Positions 12,001 through 24,100 of a DNA stretch of 64,000 nucleotides are shown one piece after another. The notes under the pieces are model-generated. The model searched no databases and was not told the origin of the DNA. It was given only the letters and a program-made list of their open reading frames with translations. The stretch comes from Geosiphon pyriformis uo1 (taxonomy: Eukaryota > Fungi > Glomeromycota): NCBI GenBank assembly GCA_016748015.1, contig JAAOMT010000276.1, positions 310,001 to 374,000 on the forward strand. Reading direction: 5' to 3'. A program made the translations under genes and the position numbers. Positions within the stretch are counted from its first letter, which is position 1. Each line of letters starts with the position of its first letter.

Positions 12001-13663
12001 CGTTTTAAATGCAATATTTCCCTTCCTGGAAATGACTTTTCTAAACAAAGTGGGAAAAGAGAAACAACAACAGTCGCGAGCTATGTGGTATAATTTTTTT
12101 GAGCGATGGGAGACTTATTTAGTGTATGAATGGTTATGGACAATGTTATGGCTCGAAGAGAAATCCAAAAGAGCATCAAGGCCCCTTATAATCAATAATG
12201 AATCATCGAAAAAGCTAATTACATTCGCTTTGTACTTGGTACCTCGATTTTTGCCTGGGGATGAAGAAATGGTATTGAATATTGTAGAATGTCTGCTTGA
12301 AATATTTCTTGGTCCTTCTATTGAAACTTCAAGTAACCATGAGTCTGGGATGTCCATATCAAGAATAGCCTTAAAAAAGACCTTATGGTCACTCTATAAA
12401 AATCGAATTGATTTTCGAGATCTTAACAGTGTTCCCCAAAAAATGGGACCAAAACAACAGCTATTTTTGGATTTCAGTGGAAAGAGCTCTGCATTACCTT
12501 TAACCAAAGGATGGACATTTCTCCCGATAGATGAACTATACAGGAATAGGAATATTTTGGTTATGGATGAAGAAGTCAAAAAAGAGGTTTTGATAGGTTG
12601 TTTGACCTTTGGCTTGGAGATCCAAAGAGCTTGGCAAGAAACTCAAGACCTTGTTTCACCAGCTGGTGATATCTTATTGACTATACCACCCTACCCTATG
12701 ATATATCCTATGATTGTGGTGTTATCTGTGATGAAGATATTTTTATTAGAGGGAGAATTGTATAGAGACATGCAAATCAATCAATTGATCGAGGATATTC
12801 TAGAACCCTACACATTGAAAAAAAGTGATTTGAAAGATGAAATTTCAAGTCCTGTGGATGTTGAAACTTCAATCATCTGTACAAATAATCCCAACCTATC
12901 ATTACTTCAATTGGAAGATGCTGCTAACCACATCTTGGAAATTCCATTCTATCAGTTTTTTACCGACTTCTCGGCAAGCTATGTCGCTGAATCACTAGGA
13001 AACAAATTATTCGCACGATTGCTTCTCACGCCACTAGCAACGGCTTTATATCCAATCGATTACCGCATACTAGTCTGGAGTGATTTGTACGAGGTTCTGA
13101 ACACAATTGAGGTTCAATATCAGGAGGTTATTTGTTTCCCATTACATCTAAATGATCGCGTCGACAGCACTTATGGAGGATTTTTAAGTTACTTTTCCCC
13201 TGTCGAAGAAAACAAGACCATTTTACAGATGTACGTCAGGGCTTTAGTTAATGAACGCGTTAGTTTGGAAAAAACGCCATTTTTATATTGGATTGCCGTG
13301 CACCACTTGTGTGGATTTGCGTTTGGATTCTTGAATGATCAACAGCCCCCTGATATATTAGAGAACAGCGTTCCAGAAGAAAATCACGACATGAATATCG
13401 GCGAGATCCATGAAAGGACGAAATTGAGAATTGAAATAGCTAATGCGATAATTAGCCGGGCAAAGAAACCTGTTATTCAAGATTGGTTTTGGTACACTGA
13501 AAGAAACTTCAGGCTTAACATTAATTATAAAAAAAATGATGAACTATTTTCTGAAAATAGATTGGTTATGATGCCAAAATGTTTCACTTATAGCAAGACA
13601 GAAGAAAGGAATAGAAGAAAAGAATGGGTGAAAGAATTTTCCAATCATGAATTTTTCGTATGA
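9068..13663 (+). CDS. RBA50: RNA polymerase II-associated protein 1 (RPAP1/Rba50), 1531 aa, single exon
   Basis: RPAP1_N motif IHEENLKRLANMSEDEILQAQTFL; KLEWM; RPAP1_C motif RFDFKGNIL...GLHHHGDDPDQPGYTIAELLHLTRS..SQR...LNILGRI; long uninterrupted ORF. Confidence 0.92.
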   Translation: MSDLQDTEDLLNLQEEFLRKQIKPAATVIKRPQIQTKSVLQHKKPGQARLVRERENVSLETRSVDESIQLQANLAQGKGKKSIFARRQELNSQNLIGQTSSERPLEEHVPAVKKVLDMHSYQSSTISLVKENDTSGTVLPPTPTFHSYTGFPLPVRRNVVSLKKRKSTQDSETGHGENEDILMETHHVIDDDSQKYLENTDSPGSINDSIHEENLKRLANMSEDEILQAQTFLRQALNPDYLKKLLSKSTHPKTAEEEGLEKYQSNELGTSKNLQKRVHFVDSEYSSKDKFEDTMELKGSNEADDSLPLVMKTKYFSDIPAEPEKLEWMGISNDTKQTQFDPNSTSFRSYTPGPKDPMAASYRFDFKGNILAKDMNISVYYGLHHHGDDPDQPGYTIAELLHLTRSNMRSQRIIPLNILGRIFMKIRKGFYGDDIAQGIVEWMIKLNALMYLRSALDDTHESAIVAAIDALSGWVIGSLEDFKKEEKLWDLVGNLHRGYENVFLFETKTSKTTKKFGMEMRIDENIQDFENPMDDNTMDHEKLLAEDLVEGLLAMNVLDRFRYLLDKYILPRITIEQIISMMLRLARHSLKSVQKILNCSRLLELIHAKYICLTWPVAQSPIIMSDEAKSLSLISSSRLLMPNYPFVVAVKLLRVMCQSSKNISQDLMKRNYINKLSRYVLVSYSALKSEFDVLIGHELFLETFRIYIILTAYGMHQEVLSSLYTVFPSMIQTIYEIKMPWEWSVKDSGKNQKQQKNEIELSEMRRKINIAIGFFRLMETWMFSLTTHHKMSKIQSLEIIDNCSKGEARPSEFLNDAVELLHQWTFGIPNSIEWFKALQDDDHELAITLISSASAYIASWCEHLRDYPLKDISVISNIWNRLNLGKCHTLPFLEYLRKRMECANMISSNEFNFTTRFWQLPNLPGAYHPRTWNVLSAELRRSVISDCVSSQISLINQTAWFLWDKENQQGVIISEAFNVLNAIFPFLEMTFLNKVGKEKQQQSRAMWYNFFERWETYLVYEWLWTMLWLEEKSKRASRPLIINNESSKKLITFALYLVPRFLPGDEEMVLNIVECLLEIFLGPSIETSSNHESGMSISRIALKKTLWSLYKNRIDFRDLNSVPQKMGPKQQLFLDFSGKSSALPLTKGWTFLPIDELYRNRNILVMDEEVKKEVLIGCLTFGLEIQRAWQETQDLVSPAGDILLTIPPYPMIYPMIVVLSVMKIFLLEGELYRDMQINQLIEDILEPYTLKKSDLKDEISSPVDVETSIICTNNPNLSLLQLEDAANHILEIPFYQFFTDFSASYVAESLGNKLFARLLLTPLATALYPIDYRILVWSDLYEVLNTIEVQYQEVICFPLHLNDRVDSTYGGFLSYFSPVEENKTILQMYVRALVNERVSLEKTPFLYWIAVHHLCGFAFGFLNDQQPPDILENSVPEENHDMNIGEIHERTKLRIEIANAIISRAKKPVIQDWFWYTERNFRLNINYKKNDELFSENRLVMMPKCFTYSKTEERNRRKEWVKEFSNHEFFV

Positions 13664-14241
13664 CAATCTAAAAGTAATATGGCATATTTTGAATATTTGT
13701 TGCCATTTCTTTGTTTTTGTTAGAATAAAGATTCTGAATCCTACTTTAATATAAATTGTCAATTTTGGAGTCATTGTATAAACTTGTTTGTAAACATATA
13801 ATGTGCAACCAATAATTTTTGTTATTAATGTTAATACAAATGTTAAAAATATATATTTTTTAATAAAATAAATAAATGTAAATCATTATATGTTAAGAAA
13901 ATCAACAAAAATAACATTATTAATTAACCAATTAGAATTAACACTATAAAAAATACCACAAAATATTTTTAAAATAATAAAGTTTAAAATAATTAAAAAT
14001 ATTAAGTAAAAGTTAAAAATATTAAAATTATAATTTTTTTATTTTTTATTTTTTTTATTTTTTTATTTTTTTATTTTGGGTTTTAAAATTAGTTTGCTAA
14101 ACAAAAATAACATTAAAATAATTTTATAAATAATTTTAAAAAGAATACAAACCTAATAAAAATAAAATTAAACTTAAATAAATTTTCAAAAAAAGTTTTA
14201 ATATAATTTTGTAAAACAAAACTTATAATAATTATTACTAT

Positions 14242-14700
14242 TGTTACTAGAGTAAAAAAACCAATCAAAAACTATTAGAAAAACGTGATTAACATATAAT
14301 AACATAAAAAAACAGAATAACATAAAATAATACAAAATAATACACAATAATATAAAATAATACAAAATAACTAATTATAATATAGAATAATTAATTATAA
14401 TATAAAAAATAAATAAAAATAATAAGTAGTAACTAATAATAATAAGCAATTAGAAAAAATTTTGTAAAACTAGAAATATGTATAAAAATAAGTAGTTTTA
14501 GCAGAGAAAAAAAACAAACAGCAGACAAGAATTATTTTTTTTTATATTTTAATCTTAATCTAAATTAATCTTATTTTATATATATATTTATAAACCAATT
14601 TAATAAAATAATCTTATTATTCAACTTATTTGTATATAATCTTTATATTTTAAATAATGAAATCAAATTAATTATTTCTTTTATTCTTGTTGTTATAAGT
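14242..14700 (+). mobile_element. Decayed LTR fragment (LTR family 3)
   Basis: Begins TGTTACtagagtaaaaaaaccaatc. Reverse-complement similarity by eye to 46664-46934, 47640-48359 and 49540-50247. The right boundary is approximate. Confidence 0.55.
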
Positions 14701-16053
14701 GTTTTCTTCTTTTTCTAATGATCATATTATAATTAATTTTTACAGCTTTTTAAATCAAGTAATAATATAATAAATTATTTAATTTAATACAAAAATAAAT
14801 ATATCAGTTTCAATTAGCATTATTTTTAATTTATGCTGGATTTCTATTTAATATATTACTATTATTTTCTTATTTAAGAATCTAAAAGTTAACTTAATGA
14901 GTTTTTTTAACTTCTTAGCAAATATTAGATAATTTTCTTTAATAAGTGTCTTTGTTATTGAATTTGGTATGTAATATAATGTTTCCATTAAAATTGTTAT
15001 TAGTAGCCACTATTATACTAGTTTTTTAAAAAAAATTCTTGTTGTATTTCTATACTTTTAATTGTGTCTTTCTTTGAGACTTTTACAGAGATACTCTTTT
15101 TATTTTGCATTAATATTAAACATCTGTATTTTTTTATTTGTAGTAAAGTAGTAAAGTAGTACTTTATTTTTAATAAATTCAAAGAGTATTAAAATAAAAA
15201 GTAGAATTCAACAAAATTAGTATTTGTAAAATAATCTTGATTAAAAATTATTTTCTAAAGATATAAAAAGCTTATTTCAGATTTTTAAGTTAATTATTGA
15301 TTTTGGCTAAGATATTATAAATATTTTCAAAGTAATTTCATGTATTTAATATTCTTTTAATGTGTTTTCAATCTTATTAAGCTTAAGCTCTATTTATGCT
15401 TTTGTTGACATATTAGATGTTTTTACTATTGTTTTTTCTTTAATAGAAAAAAAATAATGGAAAAAAAATAGTGGCTCTTTTAGTTATTCATAGAAAACTG
15501 GATTATAAAGGTAAATAAGTTTCAATTTTACTAATCTCAATATTAGTAAACATTATAATACAAAGCTTAAAAAGCATATTATCTAGCTTTTCTTAGAATT
15601 ATAATCTAATTCTTCTATTTTTTCTTCATTTTTATTTCATTTAATTGATTTTTTGTTTTTTATTATTCTCTTTTTTGTTTGTTTTTTTTTAATTAAAAAG
15701 CTATTATATATATACATATTTTAAGTTATATATAATTATGCCTATTTTAATTGATTAATAAGTAATTGCTAAGTTATTGGGTTTTCTGTTTAATTATAAG
15801 TGTTTTTTTAATTTATTTGTTTGTAATTATATTAAATTAGATGTATTTGTACACATTTTGTATACTATTATGTATATGTTATGTTTTCTAATTTTATTTG
15901 TTAATCTGTGCTATTTATATTGTTATTTTATAATTGGTTAATATATTATAATATTATTATTTTTGATTTTTATTAATTTTTATTAAGTAATATTATTCTT
16001 TTCTTAAGATTAAGCTCTATTAAAATTAATATGCATTTTTTTAATATTAACAT

Positions 16054-16907
16054 TGTTATTTATAGAAATTTAGAAATTTTTAAATAAAAATATAAAGTAG
16101 CCAATTAAAAATAAATATAATAAAAGAGGAATTTCAAAATTCTTCTCAAAGAATTACAAGATTTCAGGAATTTCAGAATTTCTGGCTAAAAAAATTAAAG
16201 AAATCCAAAATATCTTGTATAATATTAATTATGTATATATAGTAAAAGTATTAAAAGCAGAAAAAACAGAATTTATCTCAAAATCAATACCAATAATCAA
16301 TTAATTATTTAATACTCTTTCCTTTAAATGTAATTTTCTATAACTTAAAGTGGAATCAAATTACATATCAATAAAATATTAATTATCATCCAAATCCATA
16401 TTATTGTTGTTTAATTGAAAAATATTATTCATTTTTGGTTTATCAGTATTCTATGTTAATAGAATTCAATATTTAATCATACTAGACCAATAGCTTTTGA
16501 TCATAACTATTGATAAGATATTAATTTTTTATTTTTTTTATTTTTTATTTATTTTATTTATTTATTTTTATTTTGCTTTATTGTTTATTAATTAATTAAA
16601 AGATTAATATACAGAGTTATTAACATCAAAAAAAACCAATAAAAAATCCAGAAAACAAAGGTAAAAACTCGAAAATTGAGAATAGCTTATTAGAAGAAAC
16701 CAGCTACCAAGCTGAGAAAAAAATTCACAGAATAAACTTCTAAGAGAGTACTAAAACAACTATTAAATTTCTGTCTATTATACAAAGAACTTAACCAAAA
16801 TCTTCAGATTATGAAAACTTTCAGATATTACCAATATTATTAAACTATTGAGCACCAAGTTATAGGTTTGTTATTTGTACCAATACTCCAAATAATCATT
16901 TGTAATA
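16054..16907 (+). mobile_element. Decayed solo LTR related to the solo LTR at 38240 and to the 3' half of the Gypsy-1 LTR
   Basis: Termini TGTTAt...aataatcatttGTAAtA; about 854 bp; shares blocks such as gatagcttacca/aacaactattaaatttctgtc..ttatacaaagaac with the Gypsy-1 LTR. Confidence 0.65.
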
Positions 16908-17241
16908 ATACTATCAAACTTATTAGCAATCTATAAGTGAACTTTTTTCTTCAGTTTTGTTTTAATAATAATTGAAATCATATTGTTCATATCTTTATGC
17001 CAATACATAATATCTTTTTGCTTTGCAGAATTGTTTATACTTTTAATATTGCATGTGGCAATATTCTAAATTAAATTAACTATTAATAAGAAGAAGTATT
17101 TGAATTCAAATTTTTATTGTCTAATTTGACTAACAAGCTTATAACTGTATTTAACAAATTGTTCAATTTTTCTTCAAATTCTTTGACAGTTGCTTAATCT
17201 ACTAACACCATTTTTATTCCAATCTTGTTACTAATGGCCAC
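16908..17241 (-). pseudogene. Old LINE copy, piece 1 (ORF1 end / ORF2 APE start), interrupted by Gypsy-1
   Basis: Collinear by eye with 58383-58725 of the younger LINE (e.g. atatctttttgctttgcagaattgttt..atattgcatgtggcaat vs atatcatcttgctttacaggattgttc..acattacatatagcaat). Confidence 0.7.
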
Positions 17242-18097
17242 TGTTACTCATAAAAAGAAGACAGATATAGAGAAAATAGTAGACCAATAAGCGAATAGTA
17301 TGTAGTATGTGAGCATATTGCTCAGCAATATAGAGCAATGATAGAAATCACAGCACATTGCTTAGCAATATGGAGCAATGTCTGAAAACATGACACATTG
17401 CTCAGCAATGTAAAGTAATATTAGAAAATAAGAGCACATCACTCAGCAATGTGAGCATTGTTCAAGAAATTATAGCACATCACTTGGGAATGTAAGCGAT
17501 CTTATAGAACATCAATTATATATATATAGTGGTAGTGTTAAAAGTAAAAAAAGCAGAATCCATCAGTTTGAAACTTTTCACATTACAAATATCAATAAAT
17601 AATTATCCACTATCTCAACCCGCTCTCCACTATTAACACTTCATGTTGATAGTAATTGATACTTAACTACACTGGAACAATAGCTCTTAATCATGGCTAT
17701 TGACAGAATACTAACTTGCAATTGCTTCTATTTATTTTTTTATCTTCTTTTGTTTGCTTTTATTTCTTTTGTTATTTCTTTGGTTTTATTAAATTGATTA
17801 TGAATTAAGTGCTAAGATACAGACATAATAGGGACTAGTAAAAGACCTGTGAAACAAAGGTAGAACACTCATAGATTTGAGGATAGCTTACCAGGAGGAT
17901 TACCGGCCACCATACTGAAAAAGAAATTCAATGGAATTGCAATTCTGGAAGGCTACTGAAAACAACTATTAAATTTCTGTCCATTATACAAAGAACTCCA
18001 CAACCAAAACCTTCAGATATCAACACCCGAGTACCAACTAAACACCAAGTTACGGATTTGTTATTTAACTTAAGACCCCAAATAATTATCTGTAACA
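17242..18097 (+). repeat. Gypsy-1 5' LTR
   Basis: Direct repeat of 26489-27344; differences are almost all transitions. Confidence 0.95.
17313..17510 (+). repeat. Five 40-41 bp tandem units with a palindromic core in the LTR U3 region (also about 26560-26757)
   Basis: Cores CACATTGCT(C/T)AGCAATGTG start at 17314, 17354, 17394, 17435 and 17476. Confidence 0.85.
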
Positions 18098-18099
18098 TT

Positions 18100-18116
18100 T
18101 GGTGCTCCCTGTAAGA
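18100..18116 (+). promoter_or_regulatory. Primer-binding site of Gypsy-1 (probably elongator tRNA-Met)
   Basis: TGGTGCTCCCTGTAAGA lies 2 nt after the LTR. Its complement ...ACAGGGAGCACCA resembles eukaryotic elongator tRNA-Met 3' ends; the tRNA identity is an inference. Confidence 0.7.
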
Positions 18117-18157
18117 TATAATCTTACAGAGAACCAGCACCAACAAATAAATCAACA

Positions 18158-21100
18158 GTGGCAGAATCAAAAAGTATAGGGGCAAACCATTTAAGATTTG
18201 CAAAATCTTTATTTCAATACTACTGTCAACACTTGGGATTGAATTACAATCAGATATCAGCAGAATCAGCCTTCAATTTTTATGTCAATGAAAGAATTGT
18301 CTATTTGTTAGGAACACCAATAAACACTAAATCAGTAAAAAAAACTTTTTACCACAAATTAATCCAAAACACCAGCTTATCAACAAATTATAAATTTGCA
18401 TCTATTATCACTGAGATTAATAAAGAAATTGAACATCACACACAACAAAGATATCCAATCACTTATGCCAGTAAAGACAAAGAAAAATTACAAATACCAG
18501 CAGTAACACCTCAATGGATCCAACCATCCACTTGGAAGAAACACAAAATTAAATTACCAACAAATCCATTATATCACTATATACCTAGAAGCACCATCAA
18601 CATTATAGCAACAGATGCATCCACATTACACATGACATCAACCTTTGAACGATTCCCATTTTAGAGTAAACAAAGAAAAGAAGATCTTCTAGGACCATAT
18701 GGTGTGTATTTCAAAGGATTTAAGTTACAATTTCTAATGTCATTAGAACTTTGATTCCTGTTACCACAACCAGATTTTGGAACCGTGAGTTCCTGGGAAG
18801 TAATGAATTTGGAAGAAGAACAAGAAGAAGAAGAAAAAAGAATCTGAAGATTAAGAATTTACTTACCAAAACCCAATCCCAAAAAACCCAAACATTGAAA
18901 TCCTGAATTTTCAGACTTAGCAAAATCCAAATTGGGAAAATCCAGAAATTGAGACTCCAAATATCCAAACACAGCACAATCAGAACGATCACAATCCTGA
19001 CATCAATAATCAACAACACTTACCTTTAGTAATCATGATTAATCCAGCTCTACCAATTGACAAACAGCAACAGCAGTTACTTCAACCACCTCAACAACCA
19101 CAGCAGTGACTTCAACAGCAGCAACAACAACTGCAACAATCAAACATTGATCCAATGGCCTATGCTCCAATAGTAAAACTTGAGAAATTCACTGGCGAAG
19201 AAGACAATGCCTAAATGTGGCTAAACAATGTGGAGAAAGCCATTATAGCCAATGGCTTGAATGATGTCAGAGTCATGCAGACCATTCCTTACTTTCTCCA
19301 AGATACTGCCAATTCATGGTATCAAAGCTTGGCTAACAAACTCCAAGATTTTGCTGCATTTAAGCTTGTATTTCTACAATACTTCAGCAACAATAATAGT
19401 ATTAATTAGCTAACAAACACTTTTACCACTATCAAACAAGAGAAAAATGAAGCAGTTACTACTTACTTAGGATGCTTCTATAAGAATCTGCACCAGATTC
19501 AAGCAATCCAGGCTGACTATTTTACAGTGTCCCAAATACTAAACCAATTTATTAGAGGCCTGCACAGTAGCATTTTTCAATGTGTATGTCCAATGTATCC
19601 AGCAGACTTTTAAGCTGCAGTTACCAACACCTGAGATTTTGAAGCAGCTGAACTCAAAGCTAACCATGCCCAAGCCGTTAACCTAGTAATGAATAAATCA
19701 TCTGAATTGGATTCCAAATTGAAACAATTCAGTGATTCCATCAATCAGAAATTAGAGGAATACTTAGCTGACAATTGTGCAATTTATCAGCCACCCCAAT
19801 AACACAATAATTTATAAATCACAAATCACCCTCAAAATCAGTCACATTCCTTATCATTATCCAATCAGCTGTGGCAGCAAGAAACACATATTTGCTACTA
19901 TTGTGGTAAACAAGAACATTTGAGAATTGATTGTTGGTTAAGAACAGAAGACCAACAATTGGGAAATCAATATTGAAACCCCAATTGCAGGTTTCCAACT
20001 CCGAGTTATCAATCAAGCTCAACAACATATCAACCAACTTACCTGCCAATAATGCAACAGCCAATATATCAACCACTTGTATATCAATCTCCAGTTTATT
20101 AACCGCAGCCACCAATAATATATCAACTGCCACAGCCACAAATAATTTATCAAACATCCACAGTTCAAACACCACCATCAAACCCAGCTCAAATGACATC
20201 AGAGAACTCTAGATTGAAAGTCACCCAAAATTGAAGATTGGCAATGGTTGTTCACCAACCAACTCTCAGTTCACCCAACCAGCCATTCAGATCACAACAA
20301 TGGAGTTCAGGAACTGAGTACACTCAAAACCCGAGTTCCCAGAACTATTTAAGTCTTCTGGTTACCCCAGAAGGCACCTCACCCAACAACCAGAAACCCA
20401 AACAAAAGCAATCACTTACCAATATTCTGCCAGCCACTGTCATGGAAGACGAGTCTCTAGCAGCTATATTTCTTTTCGAAATCAAAGAACCAACAGAAAC
20501 CCTGTTGTTCAGTGGAGCTGCACTTGAGGAAAAACCTATTACAGCAATGTATATGAATGCCAAAATTGATGGTCAGTTCATCAAACTGATCCTAGATAGT
20601 GGATCAGCTGGCAGTATCATCACAAGACAGCTCATGGACCAATTAGGTCGCCAAGTTGATTGAACTGCCAGTGCAAGAATAATTACTGCTAATGGAGCCA
20701 CCAAGACACCAATTGGTGAAATAGATGTTCTACCCATTGAAGTTAACAGCATCATTGTACTAATCAAGGTATTAGTTATAGAAGCCACTCAGTATTAAGC
20801 ACTTGTTGACAATGACTGGCTATCCAAAACCCATGTGACGCTTAATTGGAACACCCAAGAGCTTCAGTTTAGTCAAAATGGTCAATACACATGTGTACCA
20901 GCCACATGTGGCCACTTCAAACCCATCACCATGCCATTAACACCACTCATCGAGTTTGAAGAAGAAAAAGAATAACCTACTTGAGAAGCATACCAAATCT
21001 CTTGGGCTGACAAAGACCACAACAAGTTGCCACCAATACTCTTCTGAGATGACAACAACAAAAGAAAGCAGAAGGAAGAACTTACCTGGAATATTGATCA

Positions 21101-24100
21101 AGCCTGGGAAACTGATAATAACCAAGATGAATTAGTAAACTAGGAGTGGAAAAAAACAGACAAGGGAAAGAGAAAGGAGAAGAAAAAAGAAACCACCCTC
21201 ATCAGTAGTACTTATAGTTCATATGCTTACATTTTATTACAACCATCCAATTATTGTCGACCAAAATTAGAGTGTGTCAATTGTGACAAAAAATTGTTGT
21301 CAATGGGTGCATGCTGTGGCAATGACAAGAAATACTCCATGGCAACAAAATTCTATTGCCACCTATGCATCATAGAACGCTTTGGATGACTAAAACAATA
21401 AAGAAAGTAGAACAACCAACTATGTCTCACATGTGAAACTATTTTGCCTGACAAAGGAATGTGAAATGACATTCCTGGGCATGGAGGAACATGCAACAAG
21501 ATGTGTCAGTATATGATTCTAATCAATGACTAGATAAGCAAAGAAACATCAATCGACAATGCCTAGAAAAGAGCATTGTGACGATTAAAAAAATACTCCC
21601 ACGATGAACATGAACTCTGGAGAATGGTGTATGTAAAAGCAGAAAATGCGACTACCAGCAAACTACTGGAAATTAAAAACAACCCTTTATCTCTTCCTGA
21701 ACCTGAATACATCCAAACCTTTGATGTATTTGGCAATATTGAAGATAACCCAAAGGAATTTTATAAACATTACCAGCGTTTGGCACCCACTAAGGAAGAA
21801 CAAAAGCAGTGTTTAGAGCAGTTGAACACTCAATTATGTCAATATTACTTAATCTTATGTGACTTTCAGTATTGTAATGAGTGTGACCTCATTTACAATC
21901 CACCACTATACATGATCTACACAATTTCAGAAAAAGACGAACCAATGAGCAGCTGCACATTGGAATTGGAATCAGTTTTCAATCCTGATTCAAACTCTGA
22001 CAATGATAATGACAAAAACACCAGTTTTAGTTCAGCTCAAAACGGCAATAAAAATAACAATGATTCGGACTCCAATTCAAACTCTGAAACATATATTGCC
22101 CTCCCTGACCTTACCAAGAAGTAAGAACTAAAATGGTTTAGCAATAATAATAAAAGTATTATGCCTAAATGCACACATGATACTGATGCAGGATTTGATT
22201 TGAGATATCCAGGGAAAGATCTCATCAAATTGGAATCTCATTCATGCACTTGTATCAATCTGAAAATAGTGCTGGAAATTCTAACAACAACAATGGTTCA
22301 ATTAGCATTCAAGAGTAGTTTAGCAAAAAGAAGAATTAACATCAGAGGAGGAATAATTGATACAGAATACATAGGGAAATATCATTGCTATGCTATAAAA
22401 TGACTCAGAAAAAACATATACCATAGATTCAAATGAAAAGATAGCACAGGCAATATTTCTATCTTTGGTAAAAGTAGCTCAGTTAGTGTTAGTGGAAAAC
22501 AGGAAAAAATTAGAAATTACTGCTAAAAGAATATAGAGATTCAGATCAACAAATAGAATAAATACACCAGTTAATATGACAGAGGAAGAAATTATCTCAA
22601 CTCGTCAAACAATTTCTATTCCACCATATGACCAGTATATATTAACTATAAAAAAAGAAGTAAAGGATCAAGCTCAATTGTTTGAAGCAGAAGCCACTAT
22701 TTGTGAATCAAAAAAAATTAGACTTACTAATTTCTATATATCAGTTAAAAGCCCCAAAAATATCAAAATTCCCATCTACAACACAATAAGAAGTATTATT
22801 GAAATACCAAAAGGAACTATTATTGAATATTTAACCACTGAAGTTGAGAATTAACCACCAAACCACATTCCAGATTTTTTACAGCTTTGTGGATATGTGG
22901 ACATCACATCACAAACCATTTATAGATAAAGTGAATGTTATCTGCTCCAACCAGAACAATTGGAACAGATAAACATAGGGAATCTAGACCCACTTCAACA
23001 GATGCAATTAAAGATGTTACTCAACAAATTCAATGACATTTTTGCCAGTAAAAATGAATTTGGCAGAACCAACATAATCCAGCATTAGATTAAAACTGGA
23101 GATGTAATGCCAATTAAACAAAGAGCATACAGAGTACCACCAACTAGCCATGAAATCATTTGTCAAGAAATTAACTGAATGCTTGACAACGGGCTGATTC
23201 AGCTATCAATAAATCCATGGTTATCACCAGTGGTACTAGTCCAGAAAAAAAATGAGAAAATCTGCTTTTGTGTAAACTACTGGAAACTGAATGAAGTAAC
23301 AAAGAATGATAGTTATCCAACTACAAAGATCCAAGAACTATTCGATGCTTTTGGAGGAAATAAATAGTTTTCAATACTGGATTTAGATAGTGGTTACTGA
23401 CAAGTAGCCATAAACCCAGCTGATAAAGAAAAAACAGCATTTACCACAAGAGAAAGAAATTTTGAGTTTGAAGTCATGCCATTTGGATTGATAAATACTC
23501 CAGCAACATTCCAATGGCTCATGGAAATTGTCTATACTAGATTACTATGAAAATCAGTAGTCATATACTTGGATGACACCAATGTGTTCTTAAAAACATT
23601 CAATGATCATCTGCATTATTTCTAACAAGTGTTTGAAAGATTAAAAAGAGCCGGACTAAAGCTAAATATGACCAAATGTTTCTTTGGAAAAACTGAACTC
23701 AAGTTTTTGGGACATGTGGTAAGCAAAGATGGAATCAAAACAGATCCAAATAAGATTGCAATAGTAAAAAACTTTCCAGTACCAGCAAACTTGTTAGAAC
23801 TAAGGGCATTTTTGGGATTTGCAGGCTATTATCAACATTTCATTAAGGACTTTTCTAAACTAGTCCAGCCACTTCACTATTTACAAACCAAGAATGTAAA
23901 GTATGAATGGACTGAAGCTTAACAAGAGGTGTTCAATACACTAAGAAGAAAGCTTATTCAAGCTCCAATATTGATGTATCCAGATCACAGCAAACTATTC
24001 ATCATTACTACAGATGCATCAGGTCAAGCATTGGGAGCAGTACTATCACAGAAAGGACCAGATAGAAGAGAACATTCAGTAGTTTACACCAGTAAAAGCT

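Noticed and set aside
9144-12579. Antisense ORFs within RBA50 (and similar shadow ORFs within the TEs)
   Set aside because: They are short shadows of real coding frames with no motifs.
16050-16911. TSD for the solo LTR at 16054
   Set aside because: The flanks ACAT/ATAC could both derive from ACAC, but the left flank does not visibly continue the LINE, so no TSD is claimed.
17313-17510. CRISPR-like array (palindromic repeats at regular spacing)
   Set aside because: The spacers resemble each other, the array is duplicated in both LTRs, the context is eukaryotic and there are no cas genes. It is an LTR tandem repeat.
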